Part shown: piece after piece, positions 1-12,195 of the stretch
Layout: each line of letters begins with the position of its first letter
Numbering within the stretch: the first letter of the stretch is position 1
DNA from: the human T2T-CHM13v2.0 reference genome, Homo sapiens
Length of the DNA stretch: 64,000 nt
NCBI RefSeq assembly: GCF_009914755.1
Contig: NC_060932.1
Strand: one strand, 5' to 3'
Notes under the pieces: model-generated
What the model was told of the DNA's origin: nothing
Seen by the model: the letters and a program-made list of their open reading frames with translations, nothing else
Database searches by the model: none
Translations under genes and position numbers: made by a program

Positions 1-530
1 AACAGTCAATGTCCCCATGGGGCAGCCTTTCTTATGGAACTGACATTTTTATCAGAGGCAGATAGTCTTTCTTTTATAAGCAGAAAATATTTTATTGTCC
101 TCAAAATTGCTAAGAATGAATTAATCCTCATTTGCTATTAATTTCAATGTACTGTTCCCACACCCAGTAATAATAAATGTATAATTATGTTTCCCTTGAC
201 CATTGATTTCAGTTGTGTTTTCTCACACCTGAATTATTTTATTAGTTATCTACTTTTGAGAAACAAGTTACACTAAAATATCTCAATCTAAATATTTTAA
301 AGTACTAGCTATATTGTTTGCTCGCTTTGCTTATGGCCAGTAATTTGGGTTTGAGATTAGTTTGGCTATTCTGCTGCAGTCCTTGGAAAACAGCTCACTG
401 GATGGCAGTAACCTCAATTCTCCACCCAGACTGGGTGGTGTAAGGTGTCCACACTCGTGCCTGTGCTGCTTGGGACTGGCGCCCAGCTAGGGTTCTCTCC
501 ACATCATCTCTTATCCTCCAGGAGGATTAC

Positions 531-610
531 CTGGGCTTATTCAATGCGAACTCCCAGTGGAAACCCCATTTCCGGCAAAAAAGCACAATAGAAGCCACTT
601 AGCCATGAGA
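531..610 (-). other. Candidate 80-nt non-coding exon
   Basis: Minus-strand acceptor attatttttctttttcttattttacag| and donor CAG|GTAATC. Confidence 0.35.
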
Positions 611-772
611 CTGTAAAATAAGAAAAAGAAAAATAATCGAGAGAAGAATAAAGGTGTTCCAGGGCAAGAAACTAAAACATATTTCTAAAACTGAGCTGCA
701 GATAGAATTCCTGGTTTCCTGGTAGTTAAAGAAAGAGACAAAGTGTAAGGAGTTACACAGTTATTGTCATTA

Positions 773-1084
<312 letters not shown>

Positions 1085-1779
1085 TTAACTTACTTCCCAA
1101 ATGGTACATTGTGTGGAAGCTATTCACTGCACACTAAAACAATAGTAAAAGCAATATACCTCTGAATTGTTACATAAAACATACAGTTCTAAATGGGTGT
1201 GTTTATTTTTATACACAAACATGAATATAATGTATGTAGAAAATGTGTGGTACATAGAAGATTAAGATATGTTAGGACTCTAGCTCCTTCAGGAACTCAC
1301 TTCTATATAGTGCCTTTTAAATTATTGTCACACCTCCTTTAACTATAGATATAGTAATAGCAATCTTCAGTGATCCACAATGGGTTATATAAATCTCCCA
1401 CTTCAAAACCTTAATACAGAATTATGTTTCTGTGAAAAAGTTAACTTGGTGTTGAAAACAAAATGTATTTTCATTTTCCCCCTTTTCCCTATATTACTTA
1501 AAACATAATAATTTATTGTTAGAGGGCATTCAGTGGACCAGTGACACTATTTACTTTAATTCAGGTAAAATAGAAATATTAGCACAATTTATTTATTGAA
1601 ATATCAAATTGAAAACAGACAAAAAGTCAGTGAATTTGAGATCTATTACATTTTCCAGTGTACTAAGAGTTAAACATGTATTCTGTTGTAATATTACTCT
1701 AATACTTGATACATTATCTATTCCTCGTTCAAGTGATTCAATACAAATTTTATTTTGTAGCATTATGAAGATCAGTAAT

Positions 1780-3325
1780 GTTTCAAACAGTGGAGTTTCA
1801 AACTTTAAAAATGTGTGTGTGATGTTTCCCTGAACCCATATGCAAAATGTCTGAGAACAGAATAGAACTAGCATTCAGATCTTGGTTCTGAATACTCTTC
1901 TCCAGTATAAGGAATCAGCGCTCTTTGAAGAAATGCCTGATTCCACCTCTGGGGCAGGACATGAGCAAGATGAGCCTGGGGCATCTTACAGTGCCTGAAA
2001 GGAAGTGCTCAAAAAATAAAGGGATGGGGACATGGTTTGGATCTGTGTCCCTACCCAAATCTCATGTTGAATTGTAATCCCCAGTGCTGGAGGTGAGGCC
2101 TGGTGAGAGGTGATTAGCTCACGGGGGCGTTTTCTCATGGCTTATCACCATCCCTCCCCCTGCTGCTGTCCTCGCGATAGTGAGTTCTCCTGAGATCTGC
2201 TTGTTTCAAAGTGTGTGGCATCTCCCCACTCCCTCCGTCTCTTGCTTCTGCTCTGGCCATGTTAAGTGCCTGCTTGTTCTTCACCTTCCACCACAATTAA
2301 AGTTTCCTAAGATCTCCCCAGAAGTTGGCAGATGCCAGCATCATGCTTTCTGTACAGCCTGTGGAACTGTGAGCCAAGGAAATGCCTTTTCTTTATTAAT
2401 TACCCAGTCTCAGGTAGTTCTTTAGAGCAATGCAAGAACAGATTAATACAGAGGGGAGCTTGTCAAAGGCTGTAGGGCCCAACTGGACAGAGCCCCCAGA
2501 GGCCAAAACCAGAATAATCTGGATTATGAACCAAAGCATGAAACACATTCGCATGAGTCCATGGAGATATGAATACATGATTGCCAAAATGAATAACTAG
2601 GGGAGAAAAAGATCCCCCATAGGAAGAATTCCAAATAATGTATGAGCTGCTCTCTGTTCCAGGAGGTGGAGATTTACTCCCTGCTGTGGCCTCCTGAGTG
2701 CTTGGAGACCTGTTTCCAAAGAGCACCACGTGAGCGGGGGGAAACCACAGCCTTGCCTCGAGCAGCACTGCCGCGGCCAGGCCACCAAGGCCGCATCATC
2801 AGTGACTCGGGACGCTGATAGCGCATCCTCTTGGCATGGCATGTTGAGAAGGGCACTTTACCTCTTTAGTCTCCCGAAAGCCCGTAACCCCAGTCTAATA
2901 AGGAGAAAAACTATCAGACAAACGCCAAATTAGGGGCGTTCTACACAATACCACCCACCTCCTCAACACTGCTAACGTCATCAGACACAAGGAACATTTG
3001 CAAAACTACCATGAAACAGACTAGGCTAAGGAGAAATGAAGACCAAATGTAATAAAGTCCCCTGGATGGGATCCTGCAAGAGAAAAAGGACATTACGGGG
3101 GAAACTCATGAAATGCAAATGAAGTTACAAGTGTAGTTCATAGGAACTGCCATTGTCGGACCCATGGTTGTGAGCCGTTGCCCACAGAGACCTAGGATGC
3201 AATGAGGCAAGAGTGGAAACCAGGCAAGGGATGAACAGAAATTCTCTGGGCCGCCTCTGCAATGTTGGGCAAATCTAAAATTGTTCTAAAATTAAAAGTT
3301 TACTTACCCCAAAACAAAACAAAAA
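1780..3325 (+). mobile_element. Old L1 3' end (L1MC/L1MD-type), split by an MSTA LTR
   Basis: gaagaaatgcctgattcc...caagatgagcctgggg...ggaagtgctcaaaa resumes after the LTR as tgtcaaagg...ggccaaaacc and ends aaatctaaaattgttctaaaattaaaagttta. Confidence 0.75.
2028..2450 (+). mobile_element. MSTA-type MaLR solo LTR
   Basis: Starts (t)gacatggtttggatctgtgtccctacccaaatctcatg and ends gcaatgcaagaacagattaataca; 5-bp TSD gatgg/gaggg. Confidence 0.9.
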
Positions 3326-4209
3326 TCACAATAGATTTTAAAACATTTTCATACGATTGCTTGGATACAATACTCAGCAGTCCATCCAAGTTTGCAGCAC
3401 AGTAATACAAGCTCAGGAGTGGAAGCCAAAATGAAAAAAAAAAGGAAGCAGAGCATGTACAGTGGGGTTCCATTTCCGTAAAGCTCAAAGCCAAGCAAAG
3501 CCAGTCAACCTCCCACTTAGGAAGAGGCCGGCGAACTAGCAAACACCTCTAGTTATACAGCAAAGCCCAGATAGCTTTGACCTATGGCGGGGTGATCAAA
3601 TAAGGGTGCAGAGGTAGTGTGAACATGACGTATAGCATTCTATGTCTAAATTTGGAGTTTTAAACATTGCTTTACTATCATCTTATTCATTATTATTATT
3701 TACCCATATACATGCACATATATATTTAGCTGGAAATGTGATTTACTATGCATAAGTTTTATGTATATATGCATATATATATTCAGCTGGATGTATATGT
3801 TTTATCATTGTTGTTTTGTTAGTTACTATACATTTATTTATTAAACTTTTACATTTGTATGTATAAATACATTTACACACATAAAATACAGATATATTTT
3901 TGTATATTATCTGTATAGTTTTATGAATATGCAGATAGATTTTTTGTATTTCACAGATTTCTATTATTTATATATAAATTTGTAATGGTCATGCATTTAT
4001 AAATATACAATACAATTTAGCTTTATTTTTGATTGCACATATTGGGTTGGATATAGTCAATACAATGTTTTAATGGAAACAAGGTGCCAAAAGCAATATC
4101 ACTGGGCTGAACAGAATTCAGACCAGACTGGCAGCATCAAGTAATAAGCAAAAATGTAAATCTATTGTGCAATTATTATACAACTTTTTTATTTTTAATT
4201 TTATTATTT

Positions 4210-4700
4210 TTACTTATTGAGTTGAAAGTTTTTTAAACATCATCAGACATATATATGATTTGTTGGTACTGTCCACCAATATTTAGCTTGTCTTTTCATT
4301 TCCTTAGGGGCATCTTCTGAAAAGCAAACATATTTAATTTAAATGAAGTCCATTTTTTTTTCACTCATGGTTTATTTGGTGTTATGTCTTAATCATATTG
4401 CTTCAAAATCACAATGCTTTTACTCTATGGTGTATTAGAGAAGGTTCAAAATTTTAATCCTTAGATTTAGATCTGTGATCCATTTAAGTTAATTTTGTGC
4501 ATAGTCTGAAGTAATGATCTAGGATTAATTTTTCCACGTGTATAAACAACTTAGAACCATTTGCTAAAACACTATTATTTCCCTATTGAATTGTCTTTCT
4601 ATGTGTGTAAAAAATGACCTGATCATAAACATAAGGGTTTATTCTTGGACCGTGAAATGTACTCCTTTGGTCTATATGTCTTAACTTTACGTAAATACTA
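4210..4700 (-). mobile_element. L1M ORF2 fragment
   Basis: Antisense L1 signature: gcttgtcttttcattt, tttaatttaaatgaagtcc, tttagatctgtgatccattt. Confidence 0.7.
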
Positions 4701-4707
4701 GACTCAG

Positions 4708-4950
4708 TGATATGGGTTGGCTCTGTGTCCCCACCCAAATCTTATCTCCACCTGAAACCCCTGTGTGTTGAGGGAGGGAGGTGATTGAATCATGTGGGTG
4801 ATTTCCCCCATGCTGTTCTTGTGATACTGAATGAGTCTCAAGAGATCTGATGGTTTTATAAGTGTTTGGAAGTTGCTCCTTTATTCTTCTCCTTCCTGCC
4901 ACCTCGTGAAGAAGATGCCTGCTTCCCCTTTGACTTCTGCCATGCGCTGT
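4708..4950 (+). mobile_element. THE1/MST-type MaLR LTR, 3'-truncated
   Basis: tgatatgggttggctctgtgtccccacccaaatc...gagatctgatggttttataag...ctgccatg, with no LTR 3' end. Confidence 0.85.
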
Positions 4951-5132
4951 ATCATTTTTCATTCCAATGAATTACGTATATGAGTACCAACACTCCACAT
5001 CTTCCTACTCATTCGTCTCATTGTTTTCAAATGTTAACCATATTAGTCCATCTGTAGGAAAATATAGTTTGCATTTTATTTATGATGCACATTTTATTTA
5101 TGATGTATAGCTGCTTTCATAGCTATAAAATC

Positions 5133-5260
5133 TGGCTGGTGTCTCATGCTTATAATCCTAATACTTTAGGATACTGAAGTGGGAAGATCACTTAAGCTCA
5201 GTAGATTTAGACCAGCATGGGCAACATAGTGAGACCCCATCTCTACAAAACAAACAAACA
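5133..5260 (+). mobile_element. FLAM/Alu left monomer
   Basis: ctcatgcttataatcc...gaccagcatgggcaacatagtgagaccccatctctacaaaa. Confidence 0.85.
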
Positions 5261-5334
5261 CATAAATATACATATATATATTTGTACATCTGTATAAAAT
5301 GTATATATGTGTATATACAACTGTGTATATGTAA

Positions 5335-5660
5335 GTATATACACACATGTGTACATATAAATAGATATACACATGTGTATATATAGATATATATATACAC
5401 ATGTGTATATATAGATATATACATGTGTATATATAAATAGATATATACACATGTGTATATATAAATAGATATATACACATGTGTATATATAAATAGATAT
5501 ATACATGTGTATATATAAATAGATATATACATGTGTATATATAAATAGATATATACATGTGTATATATAAATAGATATATACATGTGTATATATAAATAG
5601 ATATACACATGTGTGTATATAAATAGATATATACATGTGTATATATAAATAGATATACAC
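5335..5660. repeat. AT-rich minisatellite, about 26-bp unit (ATATATAAATAGATATATACATGTGT), about 12 copies
   Basis: Read directly; the 26-aa periodicity of the overlapping ORFs agrees. Confidence 0.95.
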
Positions 5661-6199
5661 AGAGGGAGAGAGAGAGAAAGAAAGAGAGACAGAGAGGAAA
5701 CCTATAAAACCAGTAGATTTAACTTCATTTGTCGAACATGCAGAATGAGACGTGGCCTTCAGCTTATAGATTGTTATGAGAATAAAAAAACTGGCATAGT
5801 TCAAGAGATAATGTCTCACATAGAAAGGTATTTAATAAATTTGAGTTTCTTTTTTTATTTCATAAAATAATTCTACGGTATTTATAGCATGATATGAATA
5901 ACAGCATACTGACTCCAATGACATTTATCTTACATCTTCTTATGAAATGAAAACCTTCACTTTCCTCATATATCACCAAAAGTTATTTTAGAATTTTTCT
6001 GAGATTCCTTCCAACTTTAATATTATAACTCATTGAACTTATGAGTTTGATGTTCTGCTAGATTAACTTTTATTTTCTTTAAGCAGCTAAGGAATATAAT
6101 TATGATTTCCAAAAATATTATTAAAAGCTTGAAATCATTCCAGGATATGACTATGTGTTATGCTTTGGGGAAAAATTGCTAATATTTTTCAGTACTCTT

Positions 6200-6350
6200 T
6201 ATGTGACATGCACTATGCTAAGCACATGCATTAGGTCATTAAATTTTTAAGGAAACCAGTGATAAATACTTGTGATTATCCCCTTAAGCTGACAAGAAAA
6301 CTGATATTTACAATAGTATCTTGCCCAGTGTTGCTAAACTAGTACAGGGA
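6200..6350 (-). mobile_element. MIR fragment
   Basis: gcactatgctaagcac...attatcccc...gaaaactga...cttgcccag. Confidence 0.55.
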
Positions 6351-6360
6351 GAGGATAGGA

Positions 6361-6660
6361 TTTTTTTTTTTTTTTTGAGTCAGAGTCTCACTCTGTCACC
6401 CAGGCTGGAGTGCAGTGGCCCCATCTCAGCTCACTGCAACCTCCGCCCCCCGGGCTCAAGCGATTCTCATGGCTCTCAGCCTCCCAAGTAGCTGGATTTA
6501 CAGGAACACGCCTCCATGCCCAGATAATTTTTGTATTTTTAGTAGAGACAGGGTTTCAACATGTTGGCCAGATTGGTCTTCAACTCCTAACGTCAGGTGA
6601 TCTGCCCGCCTCAGCCTCCCAAACGGCTGGGATTATAGGCATGAGCCACCGAGCCTCGCC
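6361..6660 (-). mobile_element. AluS
   Basis: Full antisense dimer with poly-T; TSD about gataggatt. Confidence 0.97.
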
Positions 6661-7015
6661 AGAATGATAGGATTCTTATTTGAGTAAATTAAAACTAATA
6701 GGAACAACATGACTGAAAGAATATTAAGAAATGTAAACTTAAAAAAGTTCTTATTATTCATAAATACTTTATAGTAATTTCAGAATGGTTGAGTTCATGG
6801 AAGTTTGTAAGGTTAAAACGACTAAGAGAAATTCTTGTGGTAGCATTTGGTATCACATGAAGAAAGTCTAGCCAAGATGATGTATACATGTGTATATATG
6901 TATATATAATGTGTATATTCTACACATCATAAGATGATGTGTAGAAATGTTAGTGAAAGGTATTGAAGAACAGGCTCAATTCTCTGCGGGGAAAATTCTA
7001 ATATTAAGAAACATC

Positions 7016-7325
<310 letters not shown>

Positions 7326-7344
7326 GAAGAAACATCAATAGCAA

Positions 7345-7570
7345 AAATGATAGGTAACACCTAGCACATGGTATGTATTAAGCAGTGTTTTAAATACTTA
7401 CATGTTAACTTATTATGTTTCTACAACATTCTACGGAGGGGCTATTCTCGTTATCTCCATTTTCAGATGAGGACATTAAGTTGTAAAATCACACAGCTGC
7501 CTTGTGCAAGAGAAGCTCTTTACCCAAAGTGGCATGTCCTCTGATTCCTGACTTTTAACCCGTCTGCTAT
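7345..7570 (-). mobile_element. MIR
   Basis: ttatctccattttcagatgagga core and tail-like start. Confidence 0.7.
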
Positions 7571-9191
7571 GTGCGTAATGCTGAATCATTTCTTCAAAAG
7601 TCTGCTTTTGAAGTTAAAAAAGGATTTAAAAATGTGTAGCAGTATGACCAGTATAGGCATTGAAGTGAAGATTTCTCAAAATGAGACTAGGAAGCCGCAC
7701 AGGAGTGAATAGTATGAGGTGAAAATGCATCTACTTTCACCGTGACCATTTTGGGATTTTGATAGTAACGCTTCCCTGTGGATATATCTTATAAACAGTG
7801 ACTAGATGACATGAGATAAAGTGTTGGGCAAATAGGTGGCACTCTGGCCTAGTATCTCTTTTTGTGATGTCTCTCCATTTTGGGGGAATGGACCCATATT
7901 TAATAAATTCCTACTAGAATAAGGAAGTGCAAGATTCTGAAGGAAAAACAAAATAGTAATGTGTCCATGAATTTGGGAGACTTCTGAACACAGAGGAGAC
8001 AGAGAATTGCTATGTGAGGTGGGCATGGACAAAGGAAACACTGACTTTTACAGAAGTATAAGGCGAGATATGATGATTCCTATATTCACTGATGGTAGTA
8101 ACCCATGCATATTTGTTTACTTTAATGTATAACTCAAATAGCTGGAAGGCAAGGAGAATCCAAGAGTTGGACAGACGGTACATTGATGAGCATATTATGA
8201 GAGGATGATTTAGCAGCAGGGCAGCGTTGCCACCGACCTGCCATCCCCAGCATGGAAAACGTTCATCAGAGTCCCACACACTCCACTGATAGCCTTTTGA
8301 GAAAACTGAAGGGCCAGAGAGCCAACTTCCATGTTCCATGCCATTGCTGCTATTTCAGATAAAATTATTTTTAGCACCTAACTGTCTTTCAGAACTACTG
8401 TCATAAAACCACAGGTTTTGAGAATTTAAAGATCTCATTGTCCACCCTTACAAGCTTAATGCATGACGCATCTGAGACCTAGTGAAATGAAATAATGAAA
8501 TAAGATGCCTAAGGCTGCAGAGATATTCCACGAAGGAACCAAGATAAGAAATGCATTTTGTTCTGTTTGTGAAATAGTTACCTGAGTCCAAAAACAACTC
8601 CTGTAAATAAGAATGAATACAGAAACCTATCATGTCTGAAGGTGTACAAAACCACTGTGTGTGGTTCTAGATTGTGAGTTACACCAGAAACAGGAGACAG
8701 TGAATGAAAAGACAGGTGATTAAGGAAAAAAGATAATTATTTAAGTCCAAAGGTGATACTAGAATTGCTGTTTTTAAGCAGACAATAAATTTTGCTGATA
8801 CATAGTCGATGAATTTTTTAATCTAGTTATTAGGATTGCTAATCCAACTTTTAAATAATTTCAAAGCAGAAGAATTTACAGACATGGTGGATTAACACAG
8901 TGTAGCTAGTGTTTATATACAAAACCTGCAGGTGGGTTATGAGGGAATCGCTGTTGCTACGGAAAACGCTGAAATTAACCACTAACATAAGTAGAAGTAG
9001 ACTCGACTTTAAAAAATGAAGGCTCAAAGTAACATGACTAGAGACGAAGTTGTCATTGTTTTTCCTTGAAATTTCTCCTGGGCAAACATCAAAGGGCAGA
9101 ACAAGGCTGAAGTGCAACAACTCAAGAGAAAATTTTCTTCCATAACAGGCTCAGGCAGGTGCCCAGACCTGGTTTATAAATGCCCAACGTT

Positions 9192-9497
9192 GGCCGGGCG
9201 CGGTGGCTCACGTCTGTAATCCCAGCACTTTGGGAGGCCGAGACGGGTGGATTACCTGAGGTCAGGAGTTTGAGACCAGCCTGGCCAACATGGTGAAACC
9301 CCATCTCTACTAAAAACACAAAAATTAGCCAGGCATGGTGGCATGCATATGTAATCTCAGCTACTCAGTAGGCTGAGGCAGGAGAATCGCTTGAACCTAG
9401 GAGGCGGAGGTTGTGGTGAGCCGAGATGGTGCCACTGCACTCCAGCCTGCGAGACACAGTCAGACTCCGTCTCAAACAAAACAAAACAAAACAAAAC
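9192..9497 (+). mobile_element. AluSx/Sz with (CAAAA)n tail
   Basis: Full dimer ggccgggcgcggtggctcacg...gactccgtctc. Confidence 0.97.
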
Positions 9498-9791
9498 AAT
9501 GTTTAGGAACTTATGGAATATTTGGTGTTTGGGGATTAATGAGGTGAATTCGAAGTAAATAAAACTGAAGATACACTACAATTTTTAGGTATCTGTTTCA
9601 GCTCTGTGATTTCAAACCTACAAGGCAAAAATAATGAAAATCAAATGTTGGTTATATCTTAGCATTGCATTTTATCTGAAAAGCATACATACTGAAAAGT
9701 TTTATCACAAAGAAAAGATTTCAACGTTATTCTGCCAAAGACTAATGCATTTCGTGGACCAGTTGCTGTTTTCCACTTGGAATCCACGCAC

Positions 9792-9929
9792 CTGACAAAT
9801 ACTCAATGGCTTCGTCCTCTCGCCTAAGGCTTCAAATCTCTGAAGCATATGTCCAGATAATTCATATTGAATACGACCCTTTGAATGTGGAGAAAAAGAA
9901 CTGATGACAACCTCAAAAACATCATAACC
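9792..9929 (-). other. Candidate 138-nt exon in unique sequence
   Basis: Acceptor tgttttatttacaattttcag|G and donor CAG|GTGCGT; one stop-free phase-0 frame (GYDVFEVV...PLSICQ) with no homologue I recognise. Confidence 0.4.
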
Positions 9930-10289
9930 CTGAAAATTGTAAATAAAACATGAAATATGTGAAGGAGGCATGGTAAAAATATATAGAAACCAAAAGCACA
10001 ATTACATATATGCATTTCAAAACACACTCATTAGAATAGTCCACAGGTTGTCTGTCCTCACAAGCGTCTCAGTGTTCATTAACATCTGCCCATGGACTAC
10101 AGCTTATCTCTGAAACAGTCAGAAGTCTAAAGGGAATCGGCAATAATAGGACTGCTTTAGCATTTTTTAAATATAAAGCACAATGAAGTCAATTGTTGAA
10201 CGGTGTCTATCCTTACTTCTCTGGGTGTGTGACTATATTTTACCTGGATGTTGGCTCCATAATCCACAGATATTTTATTTTTCTCTCCA

Positions 10290-10365
10290 TTGCTGTATTC
10301 CCAGCAAAGAAAAAATAGTAGTTACTAAAAAAAATTTATTGAATGAATGAATGAATGAATGATTC
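10290..10365 (+). mobile_element. L2 3' tail
   Basis: gtattcccagc...aaatttattgaatgaatgaatgaatgaatga. Confidence 0.6.
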
Positions 10366-10417
10366 GACTGTACCTGGTGGGCATGTGTGTGTTCTTTTAT
10401 TTGGTAAAATAAGAATT

Positions 10418-10558
10418 TTTGGGAGGCTGAGACAGGAAAATTGCTTGAAACTGGGAGGCAGAGGTTGCCGTGAGCTGAGATCATGCCACCGCGCTCCAGC
10501 CTGGGCAACAGAGTGAGACTTTATCTCAAAAAAAAAAAAAAAGAAAAAAGAAAAAAAA
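10418..10558 (+). mobile_element. 5'-truncated Alu (right arm)
   Basis: gggaggctgagacagg...ctccagcctgggcaacagagtgagac plus poly-A. Confidence 0.93.
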
Positions 10559-11023
10559 TTATCACCTTTGAATCAGTATCCTTTTTTACAAAAACACTTA
10601 CTCTACTGTGAATCACACAAAAGGCTGGTAGTCACTGATGTATAGCATATTTTAATTCCAAACTTAAGGTAATACAAACAATAACTCTATGGGAAATTGC
10701 ACTATTGAGATGCCAACTATTGACAGTGTTTAAAAAAAAGTATGCCCATATAGGAAATTGCATATTAACATATTCAGTACACATATAATATTATCCATTT
10801 TCTTTAAAAAAATGCCTTGAAAGGAATTTTTCAGTTCATTACAAGTTATGTTTTTATTCCAAGAAAAATAGGATTTTACTGTGAGTAGGTTGGGTGATTA
10901 AACAAAGTTCCAGCTTAGGTTATCACCCATTTTTCAAACAATGCTGCAGGGCGTGAGGCTAACTGGAGAGGCAGGAAGAATGATTGTGTTTATTAGGCAC
11001 TGGGCAGGCTTTCCTTTTCTTAC

Positions 11024-11477
11024 CTTTGAGTTGCCCGGGATTTTCACTCTATCCCTTCTTAGCAACTCCGCATTTCAATTAGGCATCCAAAGGGAAGCAG
11101 AGAAAATACAGAACTCTCTGGACTCAGGCAAGCAGAGCCTGTGGTCCCCCTAGGACACTGGACTGGAATCGGCTGGAGGAGAATCACGTGGACCTCAAAG
11201 CTCAGAGGTGGGAAGAAGGCTTCATCCTAGCAGAAGCTCAAGTGTTCTGAATAGAATCCACAGCCACCACACCTGTTAATGCAAGGGAATTCCGTGTCCT
11301 CGGATGTCTCATTGCACCTTTGCCCACATGTGTCTCCCTTTTAGGCATAACTGTTAGGACCTGGGTTGGAAAAGTGATTCCAAGAAAAGGGGTACAGTGG
11401 GCATTTCTGCCTCTGGAATAGGCAGACACAGTGCCAATGCCACCATCGGGGCTGTCTTGTGACGCCTCAGGCTAGAG
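11024..11477. promoter_or_regulatory. Candidate bidirectional promoter/enhancer between divergent splice donors
   Basis: Minus donor AAG|GTAAGA at 11024/11023 and plus donor GAG|GTAAGT at 11477/11478; E-box CACGTG at 11185; NF-kB-like GGGAATTCC at 11285 and GGGATTTTCA at 11037. Confidence 0.3.
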
Positions 11478-12114
11478 GTAAGTGGGGAAGGGAAGCTGCT
11501 CCTGTGACTTTCCAACCGAATTTATAATGGAAAAGTCGTGTGTTTCCTTGTTCTTTACGCTTGCTGTGTGTGAACCATTCTACCTTGTTTCTTACCATAT
11601 GGACTATGGGTTTCACATTTAGATCCTGAGGTTAAAAGGATGATTTTTAATTACCCACAGACGGGCTGGGGTGATTTTTAATTACCCACACAATACAGTG
11701 TGTATTGCATAGCATTCCTTTTCTTAGAAAAAAAAAATTCCCTAGTAAAACTTGGTTGAAAATGCCGTCTCTTCTGCATCCCAGTCTGCACTAGATGGTC
11801 AGAGGGCTCACTCACACAAGCATGGGATTCGCCAAGAATATATACTCAGTTTTGCTGAAAATCTGGTGTTTTCAGGACATTTCAATACCAGGTCAGTGAG
11901 AGAGAATACTTGAGTTCTGGTTTATCAAAATAGTTTCTTTTGAGTGGGCAAGTTAATGGGTACAGCCAACTAAAATTGTTTCCAAGCCCTGGGTTATATG
12001 CACACATAACGTTAAAATGTTTTAGAGAAATATAGTTTCAGAATGCCACGTTATAGGAACATATTTATGCAGGGAGTAAAGCAAAAGAGAACTCGGAACT
12101 TTTGTGGGTTGCAG

Positions 12115-12190
12115 GCTGCATCACGCTGATGAGTATACTCTAAACAAGGGAGGTTAGAGGGCAGGAGAAAGACCTGAGCCAGTCCTACAG
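12115..12190 (+). other. Candidate 76-nt non-coding exon
   Basis: Weak acceptor acttttgtgggttgcag| and good donor CAG|GTGAGA abutting the VNTR. Confidence 0.25.
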
Positions 12191-12195
12191 GTGAG

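Noticed and set aside
5166-5819. 217-aa ORF and overlapping Y/I/H-rich ORFs
   Set aside because: Translations of the 26-bp AT-rich minisatellite
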